DNA of 35,764 nt from a bacterium (lineage in GTDB: Bacteria > UBA9089 > CG2-30-40-21 > SBAY01): positions 1 through 35,764 of the forward strand of contig JBFLYA010000010.1 of assembly GCA_040757115.1 (NCBI GenBank). The letters run 5' to 3'. How positions within the stretch are numbered: position 1 is the first letter of the stretch; the number at the start of each line of letters is the position of its first letter. Both the position numbers and the translations under genes were made by a program. Of the stretch, positions 27,301 to 34,624 are shown one piece after another. The notes beneath the pieces are model-generated. The model did not search any database and was not told the origin of the DNA. It saw only the letters and a program-made list of their open reading frames with translations.

Positions 27301-27484
27301 TAAGGCAAGTATCTCTAAAGAGAGTACTTGGATACACAGTCTCAGTACCCCAACAACCATTAGAACTCTGAGTATCTTTTAGCCATTGGACACCTTTATC
27401 AATTGCTACATCTTGAGCCTCTACATGGATTGGGATTAATCCACCAAAAAGTACTACAAATATTAAACATTTGAATTTACTCAT
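21239..27484 (-). CDS. Giant secreted multidomain protein: prenyltransferase/squalene-cyclase-like repeats, CARDB, FN3, Ig-like, GATase-like insert, NHL propeller
   Basis: Signal peptide from ATG 27484; QNSDGGWG-type QW repeats; PDL...VDP.N.I.E.NE.NN CARDB units; APTGL.A.PGN FN3 units; C-terminal P.GIA.D..GNIYV.D..NNRI repeats. Confidence 0.85.
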   Translation of the reverse strand: MSKFKCLIFVVLFGGLIPIHVEAQDVAIDKGVQWLKDTQSSNGCWGTETVYPSTLFRDTCLIADTLCYLNLLDTPTINVVNWITSQDTTCIRQLARKINTLATFGTQTTPLIGTLTLAQNSDGGWGINKGFKSTILNTILVLKALCMANYSDTTIINNAISYISANQNPDGSWGFTSESGSNIYLTALVLLVLNQYRLDFYVEPAIDKAVEWLISQQNADGSFRNSIWETALAYSAIANCGLRIADLEKTLEYILDAQDEDGSWNQDAYTTALALRALKDSAPDLAISWQDITFEPEVPVEGEPVTIKATIWNYGGTPVKDVEGVISHQSLAIGEIEDGGSATVSLVGTFTAGTHKIVVEVDPANQIKERDETNNIAEKNLTVATLPDLTASISFNPINPQEGDVVAIKVIVYNLGESAAKDVVVELYDGNPAENGYELGTSTCALLPGGAQAELTLDYGPLPAGIYDIYVVVDPAKSIVESNKANNIISKTLTVKGTPTISAPTGLIAIPGNSMIDLSWNANPEGNLAGYNLYRNGVKINTALIISTNYRDTGLINGLIYTYTVTAVDKEGNESEHSASVCATPQGYYINPPTITFPTIAGTPIWVNTTPITISGKTEPNIEVEVFANGISFGITMADDDGTFTFTGVGLIEGTNTITVVAIKDSYRSQPSLPIVIILDTTPPQAPTGLKATPGNKFVYLNWTANTESDLAGYNIYRDGSKINPTIIVGTLYWDIGLTNGQEYAYRITALDKAGNESEKSIEAKATPSEVLPEVKVGVVGHFYMEVANRLNSNELPIVGVTEQNYIYEHLKDYEVIVVTEHDYKITTQEAEAIREYLNKGGAVFLAQDDIGAEWWIHDIIFPLFGISASTEKHFTAPFTFKNSFFAQGVSDLGSIADPDNDKFELDGAQPLLVDKYEDVFICYQGHKTVLMAEEIYASWDSGGVLDASPGDWIQLFRNIIKWLLMKPDITLSESDISFSNSNPIEGEYLTITAIIHNIGELEANDIWLNFYDGNPADGGILIGTKTIATILPHSTETAQINWVSTIGIHNIYVVVDPLDTIKEMNETNNFASVSITVISGMVPKPDLSIGKDDITFSPSQPTEGKPVVITSVVHNQGGISANNVVVQFFDGNPDIPGSNEIGVSNISQILAGGVATAQITWDTLSQSGQNYIYVIVDPDNLIDESNEVNNITHKAIDIAIPDKPDLSIDSISFSNPTPTEGDEVVITAVVHNYGQEVCGVKVRFSDMGDVVVSSIPLAGTKDVSLIWNTLGNAGEREIIVTADPDSQIEELDETNNSYQKTILINPAQFSLRASTNKATYTAFEKVDIQIEVTNLSNLVKDLMAEIEIVDIKGNLVDKVGTVSIAGITPAEQRNYSLIWNTRDVISADYQVKAVLSEVGIPRVQTTDNFAILPVLEIDASVATDKISYSANTDVTILSNIKSQSPNFTFENLVVEIAITNDVGKPIFTDQKPIPILLPEARKDLKSYWNTLTNSAGTYSVTQIVYYQNEPIHQATASFKILSSLESGTGIKGQIGAEPKVVEGPAAFTLNYSLTNIGNIDLGSLTVNKLIIDPETKAVVKTFTEVINLPMGANYGSSLVVETAGLEAKSYLLALQAEAEGKTISIASSYVRVIDIIPPVTTISIGIPNYQETIVSGVTPFTLTSVDNFSGIGYTEYNVDNQSWIRAGIFTLAGYEDGTHTIYYRGVDKAGNTETTKNITVILDTTSPKVELISPSKENVGVCQIFQGTITIFGTIEDIHLEDYKISYAQGTDTPTWTELTKGTVSLIEFKWETSKLTQDSYYTLKVTTEDKVTNLIEDSVVIFIGKPELLTTISYEKGKFHPSYVALDREENIYVTNHSNTGEILKFDSKGGLIEIIGQDEGLNHPEGIAIDSEDNLYVADTNNNRIVKFDKDGRLIMEIGKGFNKPTGVTLDEKGNIYVTDSNNNRILKFNQAGELLIEIGNQLLNKPAGIFVDEQGNIYVADRNNDRVLKFDKEGILQMQIKEDGKFNKPEGIVVNGQGYIYISDTNNNRIKKFDKMGSFVLQWYGLNKPAGIACDNKGNIYVVDRNNQQVKVFGLLE

Positions 27485-27946
27485 CTTTCTTTTACCTTTC
27501 CCCATCTAAACTTAATATTGGTAGAATTCCTTCCTTTTTTGCCAATAATTGCTCCTCCAATACCTCTCCCGATTGTACTTAAAAGTGCAAATCCTAATAT
27601 TATCAGCCATATTTCTATGTGGAAACAAGTTCGAGAAGTACTTTCCTCTATAATAAAATCCACTACCCAAAATGCTCCTCTTATACAAGTTGCACTAAGA
27701 ATACCAAATTTCCCTTTAATTTCAGCAGAAAGAGGTATGTATGTTCTCCTTACTACCCCATCGGATAAAATTAACTATCCAGAGAATAACAGCACTTATT
27801 ATACCACCAAAAAGAAATCCAAAGACAAAAAATACTATACTAAAACAAATAGACAATAAAAGATTAGGTGTACCCCCTCCTGTATAAGTAAGAGCCCAAC
27901 TTGTCAATCCTCCAATTAATATAGCGATATAAATCCATATCTTCAT
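27481..27946 (-). pseudogene. Frameshifted small multi-TM membrane protein (candidate degenerate immunity gene)
   Basis: The 74-aa hydrophobic ORF overlaps a second open frame (from ~27775) that continues into the 60-aa ORF; its TGA overlaps the next ATG (ATGA). Confidence 0.55.
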
Positions 27947-27976
27947 TTTACCTTATATTTCATCATGTATATCATC

Positions 27977-28966
27977 TTAAAAGTAAAGATCTAAAAATTT
28001 CTTATTACTCGCATCTATTCGGGCTATCCCTTCTCTATATCTTAATTCTGAATGTATTTCTTTATCCATGTCTTTAGTTTTCACCTCCACAACCCATGTT
28101 AATCTTGTCTCAGTATTAAACTTATCATAGGGAGGAATCATAAGATAAGTATAATTTGGTGACACAATATATAATTTTGCTGACTTAACCTTTAAGACTT
28201 TATGCTTCAATACCCATTCAAAAAATCTCTTTGTTTTAGCAATCGCTTGTTTTTTTGTCACCTTAACATTTAAAGGACAATTTGAACTTATTAGCCACCA
28301 AGGACTTTTAGAATAGAACAATAACTCACCTGTATAGATATCTACTTTTATTATAATATCAACACTCCCATGAACTTGATCTCTAAACTCATATCCTTCT
28401 CTGTTTTTTACCCATCTAATTTTCCATGCATAAAAAGGAGAACTATGAAGACTATCTGTCCTTATTTTTTTTATCTCTTTTAACACAGCATCCTTGGGGC
28501 TACCTATTAAAGATAAATATTCCTCTGCTTTTTGCAAGGCTTCATTTTGAGAAATAGGATTCTTATTATATAAAAGAGATTTTTGTTTCTGAGAATAAGA
28601 AAAACCAACTATCATCTTTTTATATCTGCTTATAGTTAAACCTACCCGTGTTTTATCATTTTCCCATACTATATAATATTCATAAGGATTAGTTAAACTC
28701 CTAATTTTGTTACATACTGGTGTAGCATTAATATGAATCCCTAATTTTTTCAACAAATCACTTCCCGATGCAATAATATTATCTTCTCTAACAGGTGGAA
28801 ATGGTTCATAACTTTCTCTAATCTCTAAGTTATTTAACCAACCATTGATATAAAGAGAAGCAATGAAATATCCAATAGGCCCATAATAGTAAACAGGATA
28901 TACTATTATTAATAATATAAATATCCATATCATAGTTCCTAATCTCTTCTTTTTAACTTCATTCAT
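27977..28966 (-). CDS. Membrane-anchored PepSY/YcdB-YcdC-like repeat protein
   Basis: N-terminal TM; two units ISQNEALQKAEEYL...IKVDIYTGEL and VTKKQAIAK...RLTWVV...ARIDA. Confidence 0.6.
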   Translation of the reverse strand: MNEVKKKRLGTMIWIFILLIIVYPVYYYGPIGYFIASLYINGWLNNLEIRESYEPFPPVREDNIIASGSDLLKKLGIHINATPVCNKIRSLTNPYEYYIVWENDKTRVGLTISRYKKMIVGFSYSQKQKSLLYNKNPISQNEALQKAEEYLSLIGSPKDAVLKEIKKIRTDSLHSSPFYAWKIRWVKNREGYEFRDQVHGSVDIIIKVDIYTGELLFYSKSPWWLISSNCPLNVKVTKKQAIAKTKRFFEWVLKHKVLKVKSAKLYIVSPNYTYLMIPPYDKFNTETRLTWVVEVKTKDMDKEIHSELRYREGIARIDASNKKFLDLYF

Positions 28967-28980
28967 AAAATATCCTCTTA

Positions 28981-31900
28981 CTAAGGAATAGATGGGTCCA
29001 AAACTGTATTAATATCGCCAATATGTTCCCTATTAGTAAGGAGTACTTCCATAGATTCGCCTGCTGTGAAACTACTAATCATTAACTCCCAAAAATTTAA
29101 TGCATTTATCCATGATTTCCCAATAATAATTCCTTTATATCCAATAAATATTTCCTTACCTTCTTCAGATTCATTTATCCCCAAAACCTTAGCAAACTCC
29201 CTACCTTTTTTGAAAGTATGACATCCACTCAAGAATACTATTTTAAAATCTCCAGATACATCATCTGGACTAATATCTTGCTCTCCATCTTTTGGATCAA
29301 GAATAAGATTTCCTGTTACTCCTCCTCCATGTCCCATAAAGTAGAAAACGTCTTTATGTGTTCTATTTTGAGCTAATAGCGTATTAAAATCATTTTTAGT
29401 AAAAGTCTCTCCATAGACTACATTATATCCTCGAGCATATAATCCATCTGCAACATCATAGATATGTTCTATCCCCCAACCACAAATCCTCTTAATCCAT
29501 CCCCCAAATCCTCTCTCAGGTTTTCCCAGACACAGTATTGCCCATGCCCTGCTCATATCTACTTTAAAATCCTTTGGGGTAGTTCCTGTAAGGTAATGTA
29601 CCATATATCCTGGGATATATGTATCATTCGTTCCTCCAGCTAACTCACCTGAAATTATATATCCACCTGCACCTGTTTCCAAATCCATAGCTATGTATCC
29701 TACTCCATTCCAATTATTAACTGAAATATTTGTTTGAGGTATGGTTATTGTTCTACCTGCATTTACATAATTCCATAATTCTTCCTTTACTGTATCAGAG
29801 ACGCCAAGTTGCGGTATAATTTCTCCTGCATTATTACTGTTGAAATTATGTATAGTTATTCCTCTTTGATTTGCTATTCGAAGTAATTTCACTGCTGAAA
29901 TTGAAGATAAGCCATAACATTCCTCAAGTAATGCATGTTCCCAATAAGAAGCCTCCATTCCACTTATCCTCATAAATTGTAACTGCTTACTAAAGTTTCC
30001 ATCATCTACAAAAGGAGTAACAATTATTCTATCAATATCCATAGATAGCTTACTAATCTCTATGCTCTTGGGAATCTGAAATAAATAAGTTGTATTGAGT
30101 TCAAATGCCATTGTGCCTTCAGAGATTCCTTTAGTTTTAACCACATGCATTAATTGTTCTAATAATGTATAAGATTTATCAAGTTTTTGAAAGTAAAATA
30201 GAAGGGTGTCGTAAAGTATCTCACCTACAAAATCATCTCTTTTCTCATTTTTGATATTTAGGATACCAAACAAGTCTTTAGCATCTAAAAACTTATCTAT
30301 CCGTTGATCTATAAGTTGTGACGGTATGTTTTGCATATTTAAACCAATAGCATAGTAACTTCCTCCAGTTATCTCTTTAGTAGTAATATCAATTAAACCT
30401 TCTGGTGATACAAATTGGATAGTGAAGTTTTGAGTAGTTCCCATCTTTACTTCTAAACCAACAATTTTAGTTTCTCCTTCCACCCGTAACACAGGTTTTA
30501 AATTCGTTAGGTAAGCAGGGGCATAATATAATCCACCATACTCTTTAGCTATCTTTTCATCATCAGAAGCTGCTGGGATGTATGATAATGTTATTCTTTT
30601 TCCTGCTAATTCAGGGAATCTTACGGTATAATCTATCCCACCAACCTTAAAACTTATCTTATGTCTTAACTCACCTGGAATTTCAGAGTATTTATCCAAA
30701 ACTGCAAGAGTATCATAAGCAAGTGAATCAGGTAAAATACCAAATTCTTCTTTAATTATCCCCTTTAATCTTAAAATGTCTACTAATTTCTTATCTGGCA
30801 TGTTAGCATTAAGATAATCAACAAGTTGATTAAAATATTCTAATACTGGTGAAATAGTCTTGGTCCCACTGAGATATGCATTTGTATCAAACTGTAATTG
30901 TAAAGATAAGTCTATATCTTCCTTAGTGGTATACTGTTTAAAACTTGGGTCAAGTGAAACCCACATTTTATTTCCTCTTGAAATACTTACTCCTTCATCT
31001 GGCAGATAAGGAATATAAATCTCTACCCAAACATGTTCTATTTTTAGCTTTGAAATCTCACCACCACTTATACCTAAAGCAGATGGTATTCCACCACTGG
31101 CAAACATATCACCACAGGTTTTTTTATCTTTCACTCCCACCCAATTCATTGCCTGTTCGATGGGTATTTCAATCGTGCCATAGACATAGCGGGCGGGGAT
31201 GTTGGCAGCTCGATAGAGAGCAATTAATAAAGATGCTAAATCAAAGTCATTGCCTGCTTTTTCCCATAAGGTTTCTTGACTCCCTTTGAGTGAACCATAG
31301 TAAGGTTCGTAGTCAAAATTATTGCGGACATATTCGTAGATTAATACAGGATTGCTTTTTAAGGTATTGGTGGCTAATTGGCGGATTTCAGGGGTTATCT
31401 GAACATCAATGGTTTCTGATAAATCAGCTTCCGTAGGTAAATTACTGATGGGAGACTGTTCCTCTATCGCCTGAGCTAGCACAAAGGTATCTGGGAAACC
31501 AGCAGAGGCGTATAAGGGATGTGAGATGTGGGATGTGGGATGTGGATTGCGGACTGCGGATTGGAGTTCAGGCTTTAGCCTTTCATTCTGCCCTCTGCCC
31601 TCTGCCTTCTGATATCTGTCTACTGACTTCTGCCCACTATCTACTTTTATCCTTGGTGGCTTTGGCGTTAACTTCGGTGCCATACGATGCGGTAATTTAT
31701 TGGGGTCTAATGGTTTTGGTTTGGGGCGATACTGTGCCTTCTCAATAAACTCTTGCAGTTCCTTTATCTTCGTTTTTTGCTCTGTGTTATTAGCTGAAAT
31801 AGCCACACTTAACCTGCTCTGAAGATTAGCAAAATTTTCCTCATACTGTTTCACAAAATCATAATGCCGCTGAAGTATTTTATCTGGCAGTTTCTTATCC

Positions 31901-32199
31901 TTCAAAAATTCCTCAGTCTCTTTAAACTCTCTCCTGAGTTCTTTATCCAGCTCTTTGAGTTCTTCCTCTTTAACTCTCAGCTCCTCAACCCTTATCTCTT
32001 CACTTTTCACTAACTCATCAATTGCCTCTGTCCACTTCTCAGCTGTAGTCTTTTCTTTTTTCTGACTTTTGACTTCTGACTTCTGGCTTCTTTCCTCAGT
32101 CGCCGCGTAAACAAAATTATTCCCTCCCACCGCAGTATAAGTAAAACAAATTAAGACTACCCAGATAATCGGTTTTAACTTTTTAGTCCAAGTTTGCAT
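28981..32199 (-). CDS. Secreted transglutaminase-like protein with C-terminal caspase-fold (clan CD-like) domain
   Basis: Signal peptide; YYGSLKGSQETL..KAGNDFDLASLLIALYRAANIPARYV, EHVWVE, WVSLDPSFK; linker GYIISGELAGG; C-terminal FYFMGHG...VFLSGCHT. Confidence 0.8.
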   Translation of the reverse strand: MQTWTKKLKPIIWVVLICFTYTAVGGNNFVYAATEERSQKSEVKSQKKEKTTAEKWTEAIDELVKSEEIRVEELRVKEEELKELDKELRREFKETEEFLKDKKLPDKILQRHYDFVKQYEENFANLQSRLSVAISANNTEQKTKIKELQEFIEKAQYRPKPKPLDPNKLPHRMAPKLTPKPPRIKVDSGQKSVDRYQKAEGRGQNERLKPELQSAVRNPHPTSHISHPLYASAGFPDTFVLAQAIEEQSPISNLPTEADLSETIDVQITPEIRQLATNTLKSNPVLIYEYVRNNFDYEPYYGSLKGSQETLWEKAGNDFDLASLLIALYRAANIPARYVYGTIEIPIEQAMNWVGVKDKKTCGDMFASGGIPSALGISGGEISKLKIEHVWVEIYIPYLPDEGVSISRGNKMWVSLDPSFKQYTTKEDIDLSLQLQFDTNAYLSGTKTISPVLEYFNQLVDYLNANMPDKKLVDILRLKGIIKEEFGILPDSLAYDTLAVLDKYSEIPGELRHKISFKVGGIDYTVRFPELAGKRITLSYIPAASDDEKIAKEYGGLYYAPAYLTNLKPVLRVEGETKIVGLEVKMGTTQNFTIQFVSPEGLIDITTKEITGGSYYAIGLNMQNIPSQLIDQRIDKFLDAKDLFGILNIKNEKRDDFVGEILYDTLLFYFQKLDKSYTLLEQLMHVVKTKGISEGTMAFELNTTYLFQIPKSIEISKLSMDIDRIIVTPFVDDGNFSKQLQFMRISGMEASYWEHALLEECYGLSSISAVKLLRIANQRGITIHNFNSNNAGEIIPQLGVSDTVKEELWNYVNAGRTITIPQTNISVNNWNGVGYIAMDLETGAGGYIISGELAGGTNDTYIPGYMVHYLTGTTPKDFKVDMSRAWAILCLGKPERGFGGWIKRICGWGIEHIYDVADGLYARGYNVVYGETFTKNDFNTLLAQNRTHKDVFYFMGHGGGVTGNLILDPKDGEQDISPDDVSGDFKIVFLSGCHTFKKGREFAKVLGINESEEGKEIFIGYKGIIIGKSWINALNFWELMISSFTAGESMEVLLTNREHIGDINTVLDPSIP

Positions 32200-32402
32200 T
32201 TTTTTAGCACTCCTTTTATCAAAATTATACCATAAATTCCCTTAAAGTTAATAGAAAATTAAGATTATAAAATGGACACGGTGGTTATTTTATCATAAGT
32301 AGTGCCGGGAGCTAACCAGATATCTACCTCATCCATCAGGACAACAACCTGTTTTTTTGGAACAGCAAGTTCTTAACAGACGCTTACAATACCTTCTTTT
32401 AC

Positions 32403-32549
32403 TTATTCTAACAATCCAAATACCTTCACCTGCTGATTATTTCTATCTACTACATAGATATTGCCCTTATTGTTACAGGCAATACCTGCTGGTTTATTCA
32501 ACCCATACCATTGTAGCACAAAACTACCCATTTTGTCAAATTTTTTATT
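32403..32549. repeat. Direct repeat copy 2 (orphan 3' end of an NHL gene abutting the ftsQ stop)
   Basis: Encodes KFDKMGSFVLQWYGLNKPAGIACNNKGNIYVVDRNNQQVKVFGLLE*, like the giant-protein C-terminus. Confidence 0.92.
32510..32539 (-). promoter_or_regulatory. Sigma70-like promoter inside the direct repeat (second copy at 21346-21375)
   Basis: TTGACA-18 bp-TACAAT with TG extension. Confidence 0.45.
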
Positions 32550-33399
32550 AGATTTTTTCTCTATCTTTAACAATAATATTATCAAATCTTAAATCAATAT
32601 ATTCTGGATATTCTGATTTTTCCCGGTAGTAGTCCAAAATTATTTTTAATTCCTTTAATCTTTCAACTAATCTTTTTGGTTCTAATTGATGTCCCAGATG
32701 TATTTTTGTCTCGTCAAATTTTGTAATGAGTAATATATCATATTGATGGGCAATATCAATGCACAAAAGATCAGGTAGTAATTCAATTTCGTGTTCTTTT
32801 ATTTGTGAAATAACTAATAAGGCATCAGTTAATTCTTTATTCGTAAGCGGTATGCCTGTTTTTAAAGTTCTAATGCCTGTGATAACAGGTAATTCTTGTT
32901 CATTTTCCATTTTAAAAGCAATAAGATTTTTGTCAATTCCAAATACCCGCGAACCAATTAATATCTTTGCTACTGGCTTTCGTGGTTTAATTTTAATCAC
33001 TATGTCTTTTGGAAATTTTCGCTGAATAACGATATATTCTATCTTAGGATTTTTTAATAATGTATTTTTTAAATCTGTAAATTTTATCTTAAATATACTT
33101 GGCTCGACACTCGAATAATTCTTGAGGCAAAACTCTTTAAATGTCTTAAAAATCTCTTCTTCTTCGATTATCCCCTTATTTTCTAAAATAATAATTGGTT
33201 TTTTAACCTGAAATTTATGAGAACTCATCAGAAAAAATGGTAATTGGATAATTTGCCAGAGAATAACTATGACTAAAATTAAGATAGATAACTTGATAAA
33301 TTTTTTAAGGTATGTTTTAATGAGTCTCTTTCGTCCCTTTTTGCTTCGCCATTTATCTTTTCTGCCACTTAGTTGTTGGGCTAAACCTTTGTGTTTCAT
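32548..33399 (-). CDS. ftsQ: Cell division protein FtsQ/DivIB
   Basis: Basic N-terminus, single TM, POTRA-like IQRKFPKDIVIKIKPRKPVA, C-terminal YIDLRF; lies after ddl in the dcw order. Confidence 0.88.
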   Translation of the reverse strand: MKHKGLAQQLSGRKDKWRSKKGRKRLIKTYLKKFIKLSILILVIVILWQIIQLPFFLMSSHKFQVKKPIIILENKGIIEEEEIFKTFKEFCLKNYSSVEPSIFKIKFTDLKNTLLKNPKIEYIVIQRKFPKDIVIKIKPRKPVAKILIGSRVFGIDKNLIAFKMENEQELPVITGIRTLKTGIPLTNKELTDALLVISQIKEHEIELLPDLLCIDIAHQYDILLITKFDETKIHLGHQLEPKRLVERLKELKIILDYYREKSEYPEYIDLRFDNIIVKDREKI

Positions 33400-33424
33400 C
33401 TCTCCATTCCTCCTTCCTATTTTT

Positions 33425-33661
33425 GTAACCGTTCAGGCTATATATCAAAAGTGTAAGAAAGGGGATAAGGAGATAAGAGTGATATGGAGATAAGATAATA
33501 GAAATAGATTGAAATTTATAGAAATAGGTAGAAATTGATTGTGGAAAACAACAAATTTCCATAAATTTCTATTAGTTTCTATTAATTTCAATTTTTTTAA
33601 TAATATCTCCCTATCTCCTTAATCTCCACATCTCCTTTTGTTACACCACCTGAACGCTTAC
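33425..33661. mobile_element. 237-bp IS66-like MITE (MITE-A) with 8-bp target duplication
   Basis: GTAACCGTTCAGG / CCTGAACGCTTAC; CTATTTTT at 33417-33424 and 33662-33669. Confidence 0.95.
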
Positions 33662-34624
33662 CTATTTTTTAGGGATAATACTTGAATAAAGCATTTTCAG
33701 TATCAGTTCATCATAACTAATTCCAACTGCCTTCGCACACGCGGGTAGGTCAGATAAATCCGTTAATCCTGGAATAGTATTAACATCATGCACATAAGTG
33801 ATACCCGTCTTATCTACGATTATATCTACCCGTGAAAATCCATGGCAGTTGAGGGCTAAATGTGCCTTTAAAGCCGTCTCTTGAGTTTTACGATAAATAT
33901 CCTCTGGTAATCTTGCTGGAATAACGAATTGTGTCATTCCTTGAGTATATTTTGCGTGATAATCATAGAATTCATTTTTTGCCACTAATTCTAAAATAGG
34001 TAATGCCTGAATATCATTTCCACACCCTAATATTCCCACAGTTACCTCTGTGCCGTCAATGAATTCTTCGATAAAGGCATTATTAAATTCTGCCATTATG
34101 CCTTCAATAACCTTAAGTAAATCTTTTCTTTTTTTAACAATCGTTACCCCAATACTTGAACCTTCTGATATTGGCTTTGCTACGACTGGCAGGTCAAAAT
34201 CTCTTAATACCTGTTCACATTGACCAGTTAACTCATTTACGGAATTAAAAACATAATATTTAGGTGTGGGAATATCACAGGCATTAAATATTCTCTTTGA
34301 GGCGACTTTATCCATACCTAATGCAGAAGCCAATACTCCAGAACCAGTATAGGGTATGTCAAGTAATTCCAGTAATCCCTGAACACACCCATCTTCTCCG
34401 TAGCGACCGTGAAGGGCAATAAAGGATACATCTATATTCTGGAGTTTATCCAGAAAATCTTTTTCTGCCGGGTCTATGGCTACCGCTACAAGTCCTTGTT
34501 TTTGAAGTGAAGATAAGACTTTATTCCCGGAACGAAATGACACCTCCCGCTCACGACTCTTACCACCCAACAAAACCCCTATCTTTTTATCTAAAAAGTG
34601 TTCTTTCATTTCTACCATTTCCAT
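33662..34624 (-). CDS. ddl: D-alanine--D-alanine ligase
   Basis: GGKSREREVS, ALHGRYGEDG, PYTGSGVLASALGMDK, EGSSIG, FYDYHAKY, VNTIPG. Confidence 0.97.
   Translation of the reverse strand: MEMVEMKEHFLDKKIGVLLGGKSREREVSFRSGNKVLSSLQKQGLVAVAIDPAEKDFLDKLQNIDVSFIALHGRYGEDGCVQGLLELLDIPYTGSGVLASALGMDKVASKRIFNACDIPTPKYYVFNSVNELTGQCEQVLRDFDLPVVAKPISEGSSIGVTIVKKRKDLLKVIEGIMAEFNNAFIEEFIDGTEVTVGILGCGNDIQALPILELVAKNEFYDYHAKYTQGMTQFVIPARLPEDIYRKTQETALKAHLALNCHGFSRVDIIVDKTGITYVHDVNTIPGLTDLSDLPACAKAVGISYDELILKMLYSSIIPKK

Noticed and set aside
26690-27420. Squalene-hopene cyclase activity
   Set aside because: Only QW-type repeats are present in a secreted protein; no DxDD motif or second barrel is seen.
32403-32585. 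60-aa ORF as a functional NHL gene
   Set aside because: It is the orphan repeat read from a fortuitous start inside ftsQ and covers only one blade.
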